IMG/VR virus record: IMGVR_UViG_3300035395_000108
Coordinates: 1 to 60,558 of that record
DNA length: 60,558 bases
Origin: a virus
Taxonomy: Duplodnaviria > Caudoviricetes
Direction: 5' to 3' (one strand)
A model generated the notes under the pieces. It saw only the letters and a list, made by a program, of their open reading frames with translations. It did no database searches and had not been told where the DNA came from. Positions 37,301 through 47,108 of this stretch are shown one piece after another (within the stretch, counting starts at the first letter, position 1; every line of letters begins with the position of its first letter). The position numbers were made by a program, and so were the translations under genes.

Positions 37301-39742
37301 AACGACCCTGCAGCCTACCTTAAGTTAGCTGATGATAACTTTAAGGCAACTATAGATGTAACTCATGCAGAAGGTGGACTAAAACATGGCGGATTTAGTT
37401 TGTTTGCAAGTTACTTAACCCTTAATTCGGGAGCATCTACTTACAAGATAGATACAGCTATCGGGGATACTAAAGCTTCGCCATCTAGTTGGAGAAGGTA
37501 TTTCATAAAAGATGCTAACACTAAGATTGACGGAATTTATGTATCATATGATGATAGCTTCCCATTTTACTCAACTTTCCTAGAACCTGGGTTAAACGAT
37601 AAGTTACTGGTTAAATGGTTAACAACTGATGCTAACAACTCTTCAAATTTTACTATATTCACCTCGGGAACCAAAGTTAAAGTTAAACTATTTGATAGCA
37701 ATGATAGTCCTATAAAACATGAACCTGGTAAGGGAATGATAAACCTTGACCAAGAGTTTGAAGTTGTGTCTGGCATTTATGGAAGTTGGGTAGATAACGC
37801 AAATGCCCGTGGAATTATATTGAAAGCTCTCAAGCCACCTATTGAAACATATCTTGACCAAAAAGAAGTAAAACTAGATGTGGCTACGAGTGCATATGCT
37901 GAAATGTGGCTATCCGACATGGACATAGAGATAACTCCAAATTACTTTAGCGTTCCTGTTGACCCAGATGTTTACCTAGGTTCTGCTGAATGGAAAAATG
38001 TGTTGGCCGGAGATTGGGTTTTTGTTATATTAGCTGGAACAAGTGTTGACGAAGTATACCTTGAATACTCAGGCTGGTTTCAACTTTATGAAAACATACC
38101 ACTGTCTAGTTCTTTTAGTAGCATAAAACTAAGTAAACCGGACTCTGGTAATATTCCAAGAGGATTTAATACTCTACGTGAATCCTATGTTTTACTTGGA
38201 AGCTCTGATATAACTCTACCAGTTGGCTCAGGTAAATATGTTCCAGTTCCGCTACCAAGTAAGCCTCACAGTTATGGCAGAAGATTTGACTATGCTTACC
38301 CTCTGTTTTCAAGAACACTTGATGAAGGTAATAATGCTTTCAACTCTGTTATAGCTAGATTTGCTATGGCTATAAACACTGTTCTAAGAGATAAGGTTAC
38401 TGCAAGATGGGGGAGTTCACCAACGGGTGACATTATAAGTGATATTTACCCTGCTAACGGTATGCAGATAATACCCCATACTTTAGTAAACCGTTATACA
38501 GAAGTTAACACAAATTTTACTTTGAATAAAATTGAGATTGATTTAGCTAAGTATACCACCCCAACTGACAAATGGACAGTAAAAAATTTACCGACAGTGA
38601 CTTCCGAATTCTGGCGGGCTTTTGGTGTTAACATATCTACAAATGAGACTGGCACATTCAGCACTCAGAAAACATCTTCCTTCAGTATAACTTATTCTGA
38701 TAGGGTTCTGGATAGCACTATTTACTGGACTATATCACAGACAGATAGTTTGACTAGGTTACCTGTATTTGGATTCGTTACAACGGAAACTGTGGGTAAA
38801 GAAGATAATGAGCCTATAACTGGGGCTATCCGCTGGCAAGATATGGTTATAATAAGCAAGCCTTCGTCTATGTGGGGTATTCAGATAGCATACAACAAGG
38901 ACTCTGGGGATACTGTAAGGAAAACTAGGTTACAGGTTCCAGAGGGCAGTAAATCAGGTCAAATGGTAGCAACAGAAAGCGAAGTTTACTTTACTGGTAA
39001 CACAGGTATATGGAAAACAACTGGTACTGACTCAGAAAAAGTTAAGGTGCTTGATAGGTATTTTAAGGAGAGAGTATTACCAAGTTATAGTTACTTACCT
39101 ATAGCATCCAGTTCTTACGACAGTTTAAGTAGAACTGTTTACCTTGGTGTCCCTTACGCTACAGAAGGTGTTAGTAGTTTGCCTAATGCTAGATTCAAAT
39201 TAGATGTTACAACTTCTGCTTGGAGTGTAGATACCGCTCTATACGTTTCACAATACGCCTACATTGGGTTTAAAGAGTTTTATGGTAGTTATCTAGGCAA
39301 CGTTTTACAGAAACGCACTGAGGGCGAAATAAACGCTCACAGCGATGTTTTAGATAATATCGCATTCAAAATTAGAACACGCTATTCAGATACCGATTCA
39401 GCTTTCAAGGTTAAGTTTTTCAGAAACATGTATTTATTGTTAGGTGAAGATGCCCCTACTACTATACGCATTGGTGTTGCTTACGATTTCAAGAGGTTTA
39501 TTGATGGAGAGTATACTTCTGTAAACATAAAACCGGATGTTGCTGGAGTTAGTTTTGGTACAGAAAGTTTCGGTGGTTCTAGGTACATAGCTGACTTTAG
39601 GGTTTCAACTATGCCTAGATTCTCGCATATCAGTATACAGCTAACTAATAACGATAGAAATCCAGTTGAAGTGTTTGCAATATTCTTAGAAAGCCTTAGG
39701 GTTACTGGGAAAACCAAAGATGAACCGGTTAGCAGAAGTTGA
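34298..39742 (+). CDS. Tail nozzle (tail tubular B / P22 gp10-like) with large insertions
   Basis: N-terminal GLD....AENVDF...GVIRKRLGY; beta-propeller-like C-terminal part; FKIRT...KFFR. Confidence 0.7.
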   Translation: MSEDRFYQQGLNIYNGLDGASDAASINDGYLMEAENVDFSYAGVIRKRLGYNIVGGDFPIRAKRISNGSIELDSQPVITVSGVLHPFDTSLQSIITEYSLGITDFKSTFSVLEITTDVQINYMDSDILFGINGVTEASLKKYKPVFALTDTLIVVSNELIYEMGLDPSISAPFSDLIVYKGYTLPKVNSKVLSVVQDISYAITITFEDNHNLLSGSQVYIDTLFRTGTFTCVSGTISVIDDKIIQVYYDTSYEARTANGVENFEWLNIYYSFPTTVDIRRSSSNKGDYLLDSITGINRIYVNLSSQVGLMWVWGLGITPPVTGLTKFKDNELIATCQNWAFVWKDVKTPIKQATPISMPTTETLKIMRGLGSPVLTEVARGRLRAGDYIYWQNLDDSMEIADPRIFKVNRIRSNDIVIESADGYLTIPAKSRILFRTVRDSIYASEYLPVGSMITVNNQTVKVVANRFTSAGTLSVLSESISYSSTDTILLAQQWEPLNISGDDLFPYTGLNPSAYITDLIKVSTAEYADRVYLSYGEGGIWRYNGRNLTNMRWGAPPMPTVRRLINVPGSITVKGSTSEGFMASEVKIAVNYGWEDFDGKIFESTYINWEDLTIRPNITDSNDAEQIEICIPTFPGNLGIPADKVKIRVYALEDSAEDTFLSLVTEVDNLPNQTYVIATIGDRFNKFFTNASDLALTSALNDSPMMAPRCSGIVASENRLIAYNTLSESSVEFSCDKVFKDDDTAQIETTVITYEPILGNKYEFVGQTSGLGWVGVTPKPLARGLKLYQAQYIDTSDIIHLTMPLVSGGSVLLATPKLSNVRQRALVSTLGPIKSNIDFNETLFTLGNKINPTDISNPAAPPATNYLVSPVKNRDTDFLREINPDAKGMLFYEILDSTGKYETKDPCIMISGGKLFLCIDPDEFTDIMTNNVTFGAFRVYFKNDADRTLGNLRDNNTGKVLDWNRDVIFGFTLGANIIFDDGVLSGKAYHGYPLVLVNIQNDPAAYLKLADDNFKATIDVTHAEGGLKHGGFSLFASYLTLNSGASTYKIDTAIGDTKASPSSWRRYFIKDANTKIDGIYVSYDDSFPFYSTFLEPGLNDKLLVKWLTTDANNSSNFTIFTSGTKVKVKLFDSNDSPIKHEPGKGMINLDQEFEVVSGIYGSWVDNANARGIILKALKPPIETYLDQKEVKLDVATSAYAEMWLSDMDIEITPNYFSVPVDPDVYLGSAEWKNVLAGDWVFVILAGTSVDEVYLEYSGWFQLYENIPLSSSFSSIKLSKPDSGNIPRGFNTLRESYVLLGSSDITLPVGSGKYVPVPLPSKPHSYGRRFDYAYPLFSRTLDEGNNAFNSVIARFAMAINTVLRDKVTARWGSSPTGDIISDIYPANGMQIIPHTLVNRYTEVNTNFTLNKIEIDLAKYTTPTDKWTVKNLPTVTSEFWRAFGVNISTNETGTFSTQKTSSFSITYSDRVLDSTIYWTISQTDSLTRLPVFGFVTTETVGKEDNEPITGAIRWQDMVIISKPSSMWGIQIAYNKDSGDTVRKTRLQVPEGSKSGQMVATESEVYFTGNTGIWKTTGTDSEKVKVLDRYFKERVLPSYSYLPIASSSYDSLSRTVYLGVPYATEGVSSLPNARFKLDVTTSAWSVDTALYVSQYAYIGFKEFYGSYLGNVLQKRTEGEINAHSDVLDNIAFKIRTRYSDTDSAFKVKFFRNMYLLLGEDAPTTIRIGVAYDFKRFIDGEYTSVNIKPDVAGVSFGTESFGGSRYIADFRVSTMPRFSHISIQLTNNDRNPVEVFAIFLESLRVTGKTKDEPVSRS

Positions 39743-39758
39743 TTAAAGTTTTCCTCCG

Positions 39759-39787
39759 TTGACCAACAGTAAAATCTTTGCTAAGAT
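39759..39787 (+). promoter_or_regulatory. Sigma70-type promoter
   Basis: TTGACC-17-TAAGAT with TGn extension. Confidence 0.65.
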
Positions 39788-39811
39788 TAACTATAAGGAA
39801 AACCAATTAAA

Positions 39812-40324
39812 ATGGAGCTAAAAATGGATTTATTAAAGTTTTCAACGCCTTCCGGGGCACCAGACTGGTTCGCTAAATTTCTTGAATATTATAACAGTGA
39901 AACTGCTAATCAGTCTTTTACTGTTAACAGTGAGACAGTAGAAGTTTTAGATGGCAAAATTTTTGCCACTTCTGGTAACATGGTTACTGTGGTATCGGGT
40001 AGATGCAAACTAAATTTACTTGAAAAGAAGCCCGGCATATCTAACTATGCGGTAAGTTTACCTAGCTGGGTAGTCCTGTCAGCACCAAGACCTGGAGGAG
40101 CAATTAGTGTTGCAAAGCCCGCATATTCATTGGATACGCCTAAAAGAGGAGACCTAGTGAAATTAGGAGACTCTCTCTCTACACGACAGATACTGAATGT
40201 GAGAATTTTTAGTTCACATATAGAGCTAGAAGTGAGCGGGGGAGCTCTAGTTTTGAACGCAGGTGAAAGGGTACAGCTAGCTAAGGGGACTATTACTCTG
40301 CAGAAGTTAGTAGGTTTAATATGA
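39812..40324 (+). CDS. Hypothetical beta-rich virion protein
   Basis: ORF after a promoter; alternative start at 39824. Confidence 0.6.
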   Translation: MELKMDLLKFSTPSGAPDWFAKFLEYYNSETANQSFTVNSETVEVLDGKIFATSGNMVTVVSGRCKLNLLEKKPGISNYAVSLPSWVVLSAPRPGGAISVAKPAYSLDTPKRGDLVKLGDSLSTRQILNVRIFSSHIELEVSGGALVLNAGERVQLAKGTITLQKLVGLI

Positions 40325-40533
40325 GCAAAGGCATAAGGCTTTATGGGCCTAATGGGGAATCTATCGAGGATAACCAGATTATAGTGGTGTTTGATAGACT
40401 TGCAAACTGTTACAGATTTGTTGCGAACGACGGCACGGCTTTCTTAGTTGACCCAGATACGTATCCTGATTTGAGGTTGCATGATATCATTACTGTTGAT
40501 AGGGAAAGTCTAACACTATTTACAGGAGAATGA
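40321..40533 (+). CDS. Hypothetical protein
   Basis: ATGA overlap. Confidence 0.55.
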   Translation: MSKGIRLYGPNGESIEDNQIIVVFDRLANCYRFVANDGTAFLVDPDTYPDLRLHDIITVDRESLTLFTGE

Positions 40534-40536
40534 AAA

Positions 40537-43500
40537 ATGGCCACACAGTGGAACTCAAACACAGATAGCACATCTAGTCCAACACCGTGGACAGGAGAAC
40601 CAACGAAAGAAAACAGCGTAAGAAGTTTTGCTCGAAGTAAAACAGTTCACCCACAATCGGGTACAGGTGAAACTAATGAACAGATTCAAGATAGGCGAGC
40701 CACGGAGGCCAAAGAAAAACAGGAATCTTTAGCCCGCACTAAAGAAGTCGAGAAGTCTAAGGAAGTAAAAGATAACTATAAGAATACCGTTTTATCTGAA
40801 AAATCCAGGGAATTAAAGCAGACTATCGGGCAGGCTGGCGATGAAGTAATCGGGAGGGTTAATAAGTTTCTCAACGAGGGAAAAACGCAAATAGATAACC
40901 TAAGTTCAGCAGAAACTGTATATAACCCGCAGACCGGTAAGTGGGAGCTATCTAATGTTAAAAGAAACCAAGGTTTTGATACACTAGCTCAAGAGAAATA
41001 CCAAGAACTACAGAGGCTGAGGGAAACAGCTGATACATTTTTCGTGCAAGGTGAAAATGGCCAGTGGGAGCCACGAGAGTTCAGGGATGTTGTCGCAGAC
41101 CACTATAATTCGCTTGACCCAGATAACAGAATGAAAGTCGATGCCCGGGTTAATAAGCTAATGTCATTAGCTGAGCAAATTAATCGTCTTGAACAATTAG
41201 ACCAAGGGCAATCTATAGAAGCCCAAAATCTTAGAAGACAATTAAATTTAGAGGATAGAGATGGCACTGTTTCAGGTTTATACGAAGCAAGGCAAACAGT
41301 AAAAGATTTGCTCGAAGGTAACATATCATTCTCAGGAGATGAGGGAGCTGATAGCCGTACCGTTGGTGATATCTTAAATTTAGGGCTAGATGAGATACGA
41401 GGTGAATTAGAAAAAGCCGCAGCTAGCTCAAGTGGTTTATTTGGTGGTGATTATTCTGCTGCCATAAAGAATGCTTTAGATAAGGATAGTGAAGACTATC
41501 AGAAATTTGTTAATGAAGAAGTTTTCTTTAAGAATACTATATCAGATACCGGTAAAAAGTATTTCAATGATATCCAAACTAGATTAATGGGAATGGCTAA
41601 AGACATACAAAGTTCACTTAAAAATGTTGCTCCCGATTTGCAAAGAGCAATGCAATTCGACCCAACTATGCAAGAGGATTCAGAGTTACTACAAACTGTT
41701 TTTGCTGGCTTAGATGGCGGAGACCCTGAAGATTTTACAGGATTTATTAATGATATTTTATTTGACCCTGCTTCTGGGTTAGCTTTATCCGAGAGACATA
41801 AGTTAGCTAATCTGATAGGTGACGTTATGAAACAGCAAGGTGTTGACTTAGGTAACCTTGGTGAGGACGCTTTGATTTCAAATGCTATGGAAGAGTTATC
41901 TGAAACTGGAACTTTTTCATGGATTAATGAAGATGGCACTGAGAAAAGATTGCAGCCAACTGGCGGTCAGAAAGCATTGATACTTCATGCGGCAAACCAA
42001 GGGCAAGAGCAATTAAACAAAGTGTTCAAAGATATTGTTAATGGGACTGGAATTGACCTTGAGAAAACAGTACGAGACCTTACAACATCTAAAGGTTATA
42101 CAGCATTACCTATGGCGATTGAAGGTTTCATGAATAATACTATCGAATCATTTAAAACTTTTAAAGGAAGTGATACTGAAAAGATTGTTATGAATGCTGC
42201 ATTACAAGCTACTCAAGGGTTATCTGAAGCTTACGCCAGAGGTGAGGTTTCAGATGCTGATTTAAATGCAAGTATGATAGAGTTTATTAAAAATAATCCT
42301 GGGATTGCTCAAGATACATTGAAACAGAAATGGGATGATGCAGTAAAACAAAACCAAGTGCAAGCTACAGAAATACAGAAACAGATAGCCCAGTTAAGAC
42401 CTGCTTATGAGGCTAACTTACAAAAGATTGCTGAAACAAGTAAAAATGTTTTAGACAGGGAAACAAAGATACTTCAATGGATTGATGATACTAAGCAAAA
42501 GGTTACCCAAGAAATTGTAGATAACTATCCTTTAGCCGAGGCCGCTTTTAGCGAAGGAGATTTCGCTGGCAAAGCTGCTGCATATATGGGCTGGAGTCAT
42601 GAGCAATTGCAAGCTAGATTACCTTCTGCTATCAAAGGACTAGCTTCAATGGCTTCCCTAGTCCAGGTACAACAAACTGACCCAGAATTATACAATATGG
42701 TAGAGAAAAAAATTAAAGAGATGCTACCAACTGTTACCAATAAAACGCTCCAAGAAATCATTAAAAACTTTAATCCTGCAAATATGCAAGCATCCGGAAG
42801 AGATAATTTCATGATGGATATTTTAGGGAGCGGAACAGGTGGAACATTAGCAGCTATGATTGATAAAGCTTTAAACTCAAGTATCCTAACGCACCCTCAA
42901 ATAGTAGAGGCAAGAAAAGAATTGCAAACTGCGAAACTTAGTTTAGCTAAAAGCCAAGGTGCATATTCTAAAGGTATGCTGGAATTAGATAAACAAGAAG
43001 CTGTCCTAAAAGAACTTTCACAGAAAACTAGTGAAATGAATATTTTAACCCCTAAAAACATTGTTAAAACAGCAGCTAACATGGCTAGAGCGTTAACCGA
43101 AGACGGAGTTTCTGCGACACCTCCAGTATTCCAAGGGTCTGCAATAGATATGGGCGGAACTGGTCAAAGAAGTCAGGTTCCAGGTAAACTTAAGGCTATA
43201 AGCGGAGTGACCAATGAAATTCATCAAGGGATACAGGGGGACCTATCACTTAAGAATGTTTCAGGCAAACTTGATGGTATAAAAGGGTTTGAGGGTGATT
43301 TAGGTGGTATGAAATCTATCAACGATATTACTTTAGATAACGAGGGAGCTATGGATATAGGACAAGTTCAAGATATTAAGGTAGATGAAGCACCTCCAGG
43401 AGGCTGGAGTACCACTGGAGCTAACGGTGGAGCTATGAGTGGTAAAGCTAGGGTTAACAATACACTAGTTGACGGATATTATTATAAAGACCCTAAAACA

Positions 43501-44217
43501 GGAGCAACAACTTTCTATGCGGATACTTCAAAGATGGGTAAAGCAGACACTATGTCTTTCTTAAGAAGCATTGGTGCGTGGGCTGAACAAAGTAAAGACC
43601 CTAAAGCAAGTAATATTGTAGATAGCATAAGAAACAAGTTACTAAACAAATTACAGTCAGCCACTGATTTTGTAGCACCAAGAGCAGATGCTAACGATGC
43701 TCAAATGTTACAATTCTTAGGTGAAAACCCAAATAATTATAACCCTAAAGATGCTAACAATGTTTTGAATAATGCTTACAATGAAGGTGCAGAATATCTA
43801 AGGCAAGTTGGATACAGGGATGAAGAGATAGCAAAGATGCCTAGAAACCAAGTTATTGGTCAGGGTAAGGTTACTGAAGATATGTTTAGAGATGCTCAAA
43901 CTGAAAAACTAGATGCAGAAGTTAAAAAAGGTAATATAACTCCTGAACAAGCTAAGTCCTTAAATGAACAACTTGTTAACCCAGATACTTTGAGTAAACA
44001 GATTGCTGATGAAGCTAGAAGAAAACAACAGGCTGAAGAAGAAGCCAGAAGAAAACAGGCTGAGGAAAAAGCTAAACAACAGCAATCATCTTCAGGTAAG
44101 AGTTCACGTGACTGGGCCGAGGAGCAACAGCAAACTAGGGATAATGAGAAAGCTGTAGAAGACTATAACAAGAAGCTAAAGGAGCGTTATGACCCTAACG
44201 CTCTCCAAGTTCAATAA
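40537..44217 (+). CDS. Large helical internal virion/ejection protein
   Basis: 1226 aa; Q/E/K/A-rich coiled coils; AGGAG RBS. Confidence 0.6.
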   Translation: MATQWNSNTDSTSSPTPWTGEPTKENSVRSFARSKTVHPQSGTGETNEQIQDRRATEAKEKQESLARTKEVEKSKEVKDNYKNTVLSEKSRELKQTIGQAGDEVIGRVNKFLNEGKTQIDNLSSAETVYNPQTGKWELSNVKRNQGFDTLAQEKYQELQRLRETADTFFVQGENGQWEPREFRDVVADHYNSLDPDNRMKVDARVNKLMSLAEQINRLEQLDQGQSIEAQNLRRQLNLEDRDGTVSGLYEARQTVKDLLEGNISFSGDEGADSRTVGDILNLGLDEIRGELEKAAASSSGLFGGDYSAAIKNALDKDSEDYQKFVNEEVFFKNTISDTGKKYFNDIQTRLMGMAKDIQSSLKNVAPDLQRAMQFDPTMQEDSELLQTVFAGLDGGDPEDFTGFINDILFDPASGLALSERHKLANLIGDVMKQQGVDLGNLGEDALISNAMEELSETGTFSWINEDGTEKRLQPTGGQKALILHAANQGQEQLNKVFKDIVNGTGIDLEKTVRDLTTSKGYTALPMAIEGFMNNTIESFKTFKGSDTEKIVMNAALQATQGLSEAYARGEVSDADLNASMIEFIKNNPGIAQDTLKQKWDDAVKQNQVQATEIQKQIAQLRPAYEANLQKIAETSKNVLDRETKILQWIDDTKQKVTQEIVDNYPLAEAAFSEGDFAGKAAAYMGWSHEQLQARLPSAIKGLASMASLVQVQQTDPELYNMVEKKIKEMLPTVTNKTLQEIIKNFNPANMQASGRDNFMMDILGSGTGGTLAAMIDKALNSSILTHPQIVEARKELQTAKLSLAKSQGAYSKGMLELDKQEAVLKELSQKTSEMNILTPKNIVKTAANMARALTEDGVSATPPVFQGSAIDMGGTGQRSQVPGKLKAISGVTNEIHQGIQGDLSLKNVSGKLDGIKGFEGDLGGMKSINDITLDNEGAMDIGQVQDIKVDEAPPGGWSTTGANGGAMSGKARVNNTLVDGYYYKDPKTGATTFYADTSKMGKADTMSFLRSIGAWAEQSKDPKASNIVDSIRNKLLNKLQSATDFVAPRADANDAQMLQFLGENPNNYNPKDANNVLNNAYNEGAEYLRQVGYRDEEIAKMPRNQVIGQGKVTEDMFRDAQTEKLDAEVKKGNITPEQAKSLNEQLVNPDTLSKQIADEARRKQQAEEEARRKQAEEKAKQQQSSSGKSSRDWAEEQQQTRDNEKAVEDYNKKLKERYDPNALQVQ

Positions 44218-44226
44218 GGAGGTAAC

Positions 44227-44931
44227 ATGAGCAGTATTTTTACTAAACTAGCACATGACAGTACTAAGGGCAGAGGCGAAGATGAAGCTGCCATTAGACA
44301 ACGCAAAATGGATGATATAAGTAGAGCGGCTAGCCAGCAGTTCGGCAAGGCTTCCTACCAAGGAAGTACTTCAGCTGACAGAGCAAGGCAAAACAGAGAT
44401 TACGAGATTTCGGATATAGATAGGAGAACTGAAGCTTCAGCTCAGAGGAATCAACTTGCTTCTCAAGAGGATGCGAGAAAATCTGGTGTTTCAGATGCTG
44501 TTATGGGAGCTCTTGATAGTCAAACCCAGGCAGAAATAAAAGCTAAGCAGGAGCAAAATAATCAGAGCAAAGCAACTGAATTAGCTGATAGGACTAATCA
44601 ATGGGCTACAAATAACGAGATGAGAAACCTTGATTTTAAGGAGCTAGTGAGCAGAACACAGCGTTCCGATGCTATAGCTGAGCTGTATCGCGAAGGCCGA
44701 GCAGAAGACGCTTTGTATGATGCCGCCCTAGAAGGCAAGCTTAAGATGCAAGATATTGATATTTATTATAAAAGTTTAAACAGTGATTTAAATAATGCTT
44801 TTAAACTGTTTGAAGTGGGGGAAAAAGCATCTTTTGAAAAAATGATGGCAGAAATGCAGTCAAAAGCCGTCAACTGGGGAACAGTTATTAGCGGAGTGGT
44901 ACAAACTTTAGCAACGGTGGCCAGCTGGTAA
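44227..44931 (+). CDS. Putative ejection (pilot-like) protein
   Basis: Coiled coil with amphipathic C-terminus NWGTVISGVVQTLATVASW. Confidence 0.55.
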   Translation: MSSIFTKLAHDSTKGRGEDEAAIRQRKMDDISRAASQQFGKASYQGSTSADRARQNRDYEISDIDRRTEASAQRNQLASQEDARKSGVSDAVMGALDSQTQAEIKAKQEQNNQSKATELADRTNQWATNNEMRNLDFKELVSRTQRSDAIAELYREGRAEDALYDAALEGKLKMQDIDIYYKSLNSDLNNAFKLFEVGEKASFEKMMAEMQSKAVNWGTVISGVVQTLATVASW

Positions 44932-44953
44932 CACAAATTAGAAAGGAAAAAAG

Positions 44954-45364
44954 ATGATAATCAACCCGATAACTCAAAACCACGAAGGCTTTGAAGAACT
45001 AGTAAAGAAGCAGAAGGCTAACGCCTTCTATTGGCCCTTCAAGCAGAGTCAAGAACCCGTGCAACCCATTGAAGAAAAACCAGAGCAACCAAATCCTATG
45101 GATGCAGGCTTACAGCCGCCACCAAATCCGATGGATTCAAAGTCACCACCTCCACCAAAACCTAGCTCAGGTAGCATGAAGAATGTTGCTAGTCGTATGT
45201 TAGCAGAAGGGCTAGATTTGCCGGAGAGCACTATAAACAAACCAATGCCATCTGGTAAAGACCCGCTATCAAAATCTATCGGTGGTAACCAGAGTAAGCT
45301 TTTAGCTAAAAGGAAGATAGACGAAACTAACAAACCTTCTAGCCTAGGAGGGATGAAAGTATGA
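44954..45364 (+). CDS. Pro-rich hypothetical protein
   Basis: GAAAGGA RBS; repeated PNPMD. Confidence 0.6.
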   Translation: MIINPITQNHEGFEELVKKQKANAFYWPFKQSQEPVQPIEEKPEQPNPMDAGLQPPPNPMDSKSPPPPKPSSGSMKNVASRMLAEGLDLPESTINKPMPSGKDPLSKSIGGNQSKLLAKRKIDETNKPSSLGGMKV

Positions 45365-46122
45365 TAAAAAGATTAACGCCAGCTGAAAGGCTAAAACAGC
45401 AAGAATCTGCATATGCTTCCATGCTAAATCTCCAGCCAGCCCAAGAAAAAAAACAATCTTTGGAGAGAGGTAAGGTCACTGAGGGCACTCTTACAGAAAT
45501 GATTAAAGGATTTGGGGCTGATGAATCTGATTCCGAAGAGAGAGGAAGAGTTAAAGGAACCTTAGAACAGGGGAGCCAAATGCTCGGAGAAGTACAAGCA
45601 AAACAAGCAAAAGAACAAGATGCTTTAAGTTTTCAAGGAGCAAACCAAAGGGAGTCCATAATTAGTCAACGCCAAAGTGCAGCAACCAGTGATTTCGTGA
45701 GGGAATCCGAAGCTCAGACAAAAGCTTTACAGGAAGCAGTAGCACAGAGAGCTATTGACCTAGGAATGAACTCGCAGGAGTTGGCATTTCATAATAATGC
45801 CCTAGTTGCAGACACAGGGTTTGATAAGCTAAAAACGGACTTTGCTGAGGGCCGAGTTAACAAGCAAGAGTTGATTACTCTTAAAGAAAACTTAACTCTT
45901 AGGGCTCAGAAGAGAAATAATGCGGCAGAGGAAATGCTAGCTATAAGATTTAATGAGGCTATGTTACTTATTCAAAAAGGTGATATAGCTAACGCTAAAA
46001 AAGTATTAGAGATAGCTTTGAAAGCACAAAAAGATGCAGCAGATGATATGGCTAGGGCTTCAAATCTAGGAACTATAATTGGTGGCGGGGCTCAACTGTT
46101 TTCTTCAGTATTCACAAAATAA
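45361..46122 (+). CDS. Putative ejection (pilot-like) protein
   Basis: Coiled coil; C-terminus NLGTIIGGGAQLFSSVF resembles that of 44227..44931. Confidence 0.55.
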   Translation: MIKRLTPAERLKQQESAYASMLNLQPAQEKKQSLERGKVTEGTLTEMIKGFGADESDSEERGRVKGTLEQGSQMLGEVQAKQAKEQDALSFQGANQRESIISQRQSAATSDFVRESEAQTKALQEAVAQRAIDLGMNSQELAFHNNALVADTGFDKLKTDFAEGRVNKQELITLKENLTLRAQKRNNAAEEMLAIRFNEAMLLIQKGDIANAKKVLEIALKAQKDAADDMARASNLGTIIGGGAQLFSSVFTK

Positions 46123-46125
46123 CTA

Positions 46126-46154
46126 TTGACAGTAAGGTTTACCTTGGGTAGGAT
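46126..46154 (+). promoter_or_regulatory. Sigma70-type promoter with a spacer dyad
   Basis: TTGACA-17-TAGGAT; AAGGT-TT-ACCTT in the spacer. Confidence 0.65.
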
Positions 46155-46185
46155 ATATTTAACATCAACTTTTTGGAGTTATTTT

Positions 46186-46869
46186 ATGCTACCAACCGTT
46201 AAGTTTGCGGGTTTCTTGAATAAGAAGACTTACGTCATCTGTTATCTAAGTTACCATTTAAAAGGTCAGAGCCATTCTAAAACTTACCACATACACAGAG
46301 TAAGGAAACATATGTTTCCTGATAGTTACAGACAGTATGCACATCTACTCACAATAACCGCTATGTGTTTAACTTATGGCATGGATTGGGAAAGAATAGA
46401 TACAACCCATTTAAGGGAAACATTAGTGCCGTCTGCTGAAACAGTAATAGGCCACTATAAAAAACATGGTAACTTAGATGGACACCCGATATATTCTGAA
46501 TCTAATGAAGAAATGAAGGTAGCATTATTAAATGCTGTAACATTATTTAATGATTTAGGAATACCTTTCATAACGCCTAATGATGCTAGAAATTTATCTA
46601 AGAAAGAACAAGTAAAACAGTTAGAGCTTTCATCACTAAAATATAGTAAAAATAGTCAAATATTTGTTAGCGGTGTAACAAAAGATAATTTAGTAGAATG
46701 TGAGTGTTCCTGTGGATTCACTTTTCAAGCAGAACCAAAGATATTAATGATGGTCACACAATGTAAACGATGTAACTATGGTGACTACAAGAAAGCAGAA
46801 GAATTAGTAAAGAGGATAACTAAATCAATTGAGAGCCGTAGAATGGCTATCGTTGATATACAAGAGTAA
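46186..46869 (+). CDS. Hypothetical protein with C-terminal zinc ribbon
   Basis: GGAG RBS before ATG 46186; CECSCG...CKRC. Confidence 0.65.
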   Translation: MLPTVKFAGFLNKKTYVICYLSYHLKGQSHSKTYHIHRVRKHMFPDSYRQYAHLLTITAMCLTYGMDWERIDTTHLRETLVPSAETVIGHYKKHGNLDGHPIYSESNEEMKVALLNAVTLFNDLGIPFITPNDARNLSKKEQVKQLELSSLKYSKNSQIFVSGVTKDNLVECECSCGFTFQAEPKILMMVTQCKRCNYGDYKKAEELVKRITKSIESRRMAIVDIQE

Positions 46870-47055
46870 TTCATGCTCTGGTACAAAAACTACTTCCAGT
46901 ATACCATGCCTGTTAACTAAGTTAAATCTACCAAATCCTTTCAACTCAACCGGCTTACCCGTAAACAGGGCTGAACGCATAGCCTTAATAAACCGTTTTT
47001 CTAAATCCTTCTCACCTTTGTAAAACTTTAAACACATTTTTAAATCACCTATCAT
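46825..47055 (-). CDS. Short HU/IHF-like protein
   Basis: FIKAMRSALFTGKPVELKGFGRF signature; GGGAGG RBS before ATG 47055. Confidence 0.7.
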   Translation of the reverse strand: MIGDLKMCLKFYKGEKDLEKRFIKAMRSALFTGKPVELKGFGRFNLVNRHGILEVVFVPEHELLLYINDSHSTALN

Positions 47056-47108
47056 CGTGCTACCTCCCAATAGTATAATAATACTATACTACAACAAGGA
47101 GAGCTAGC

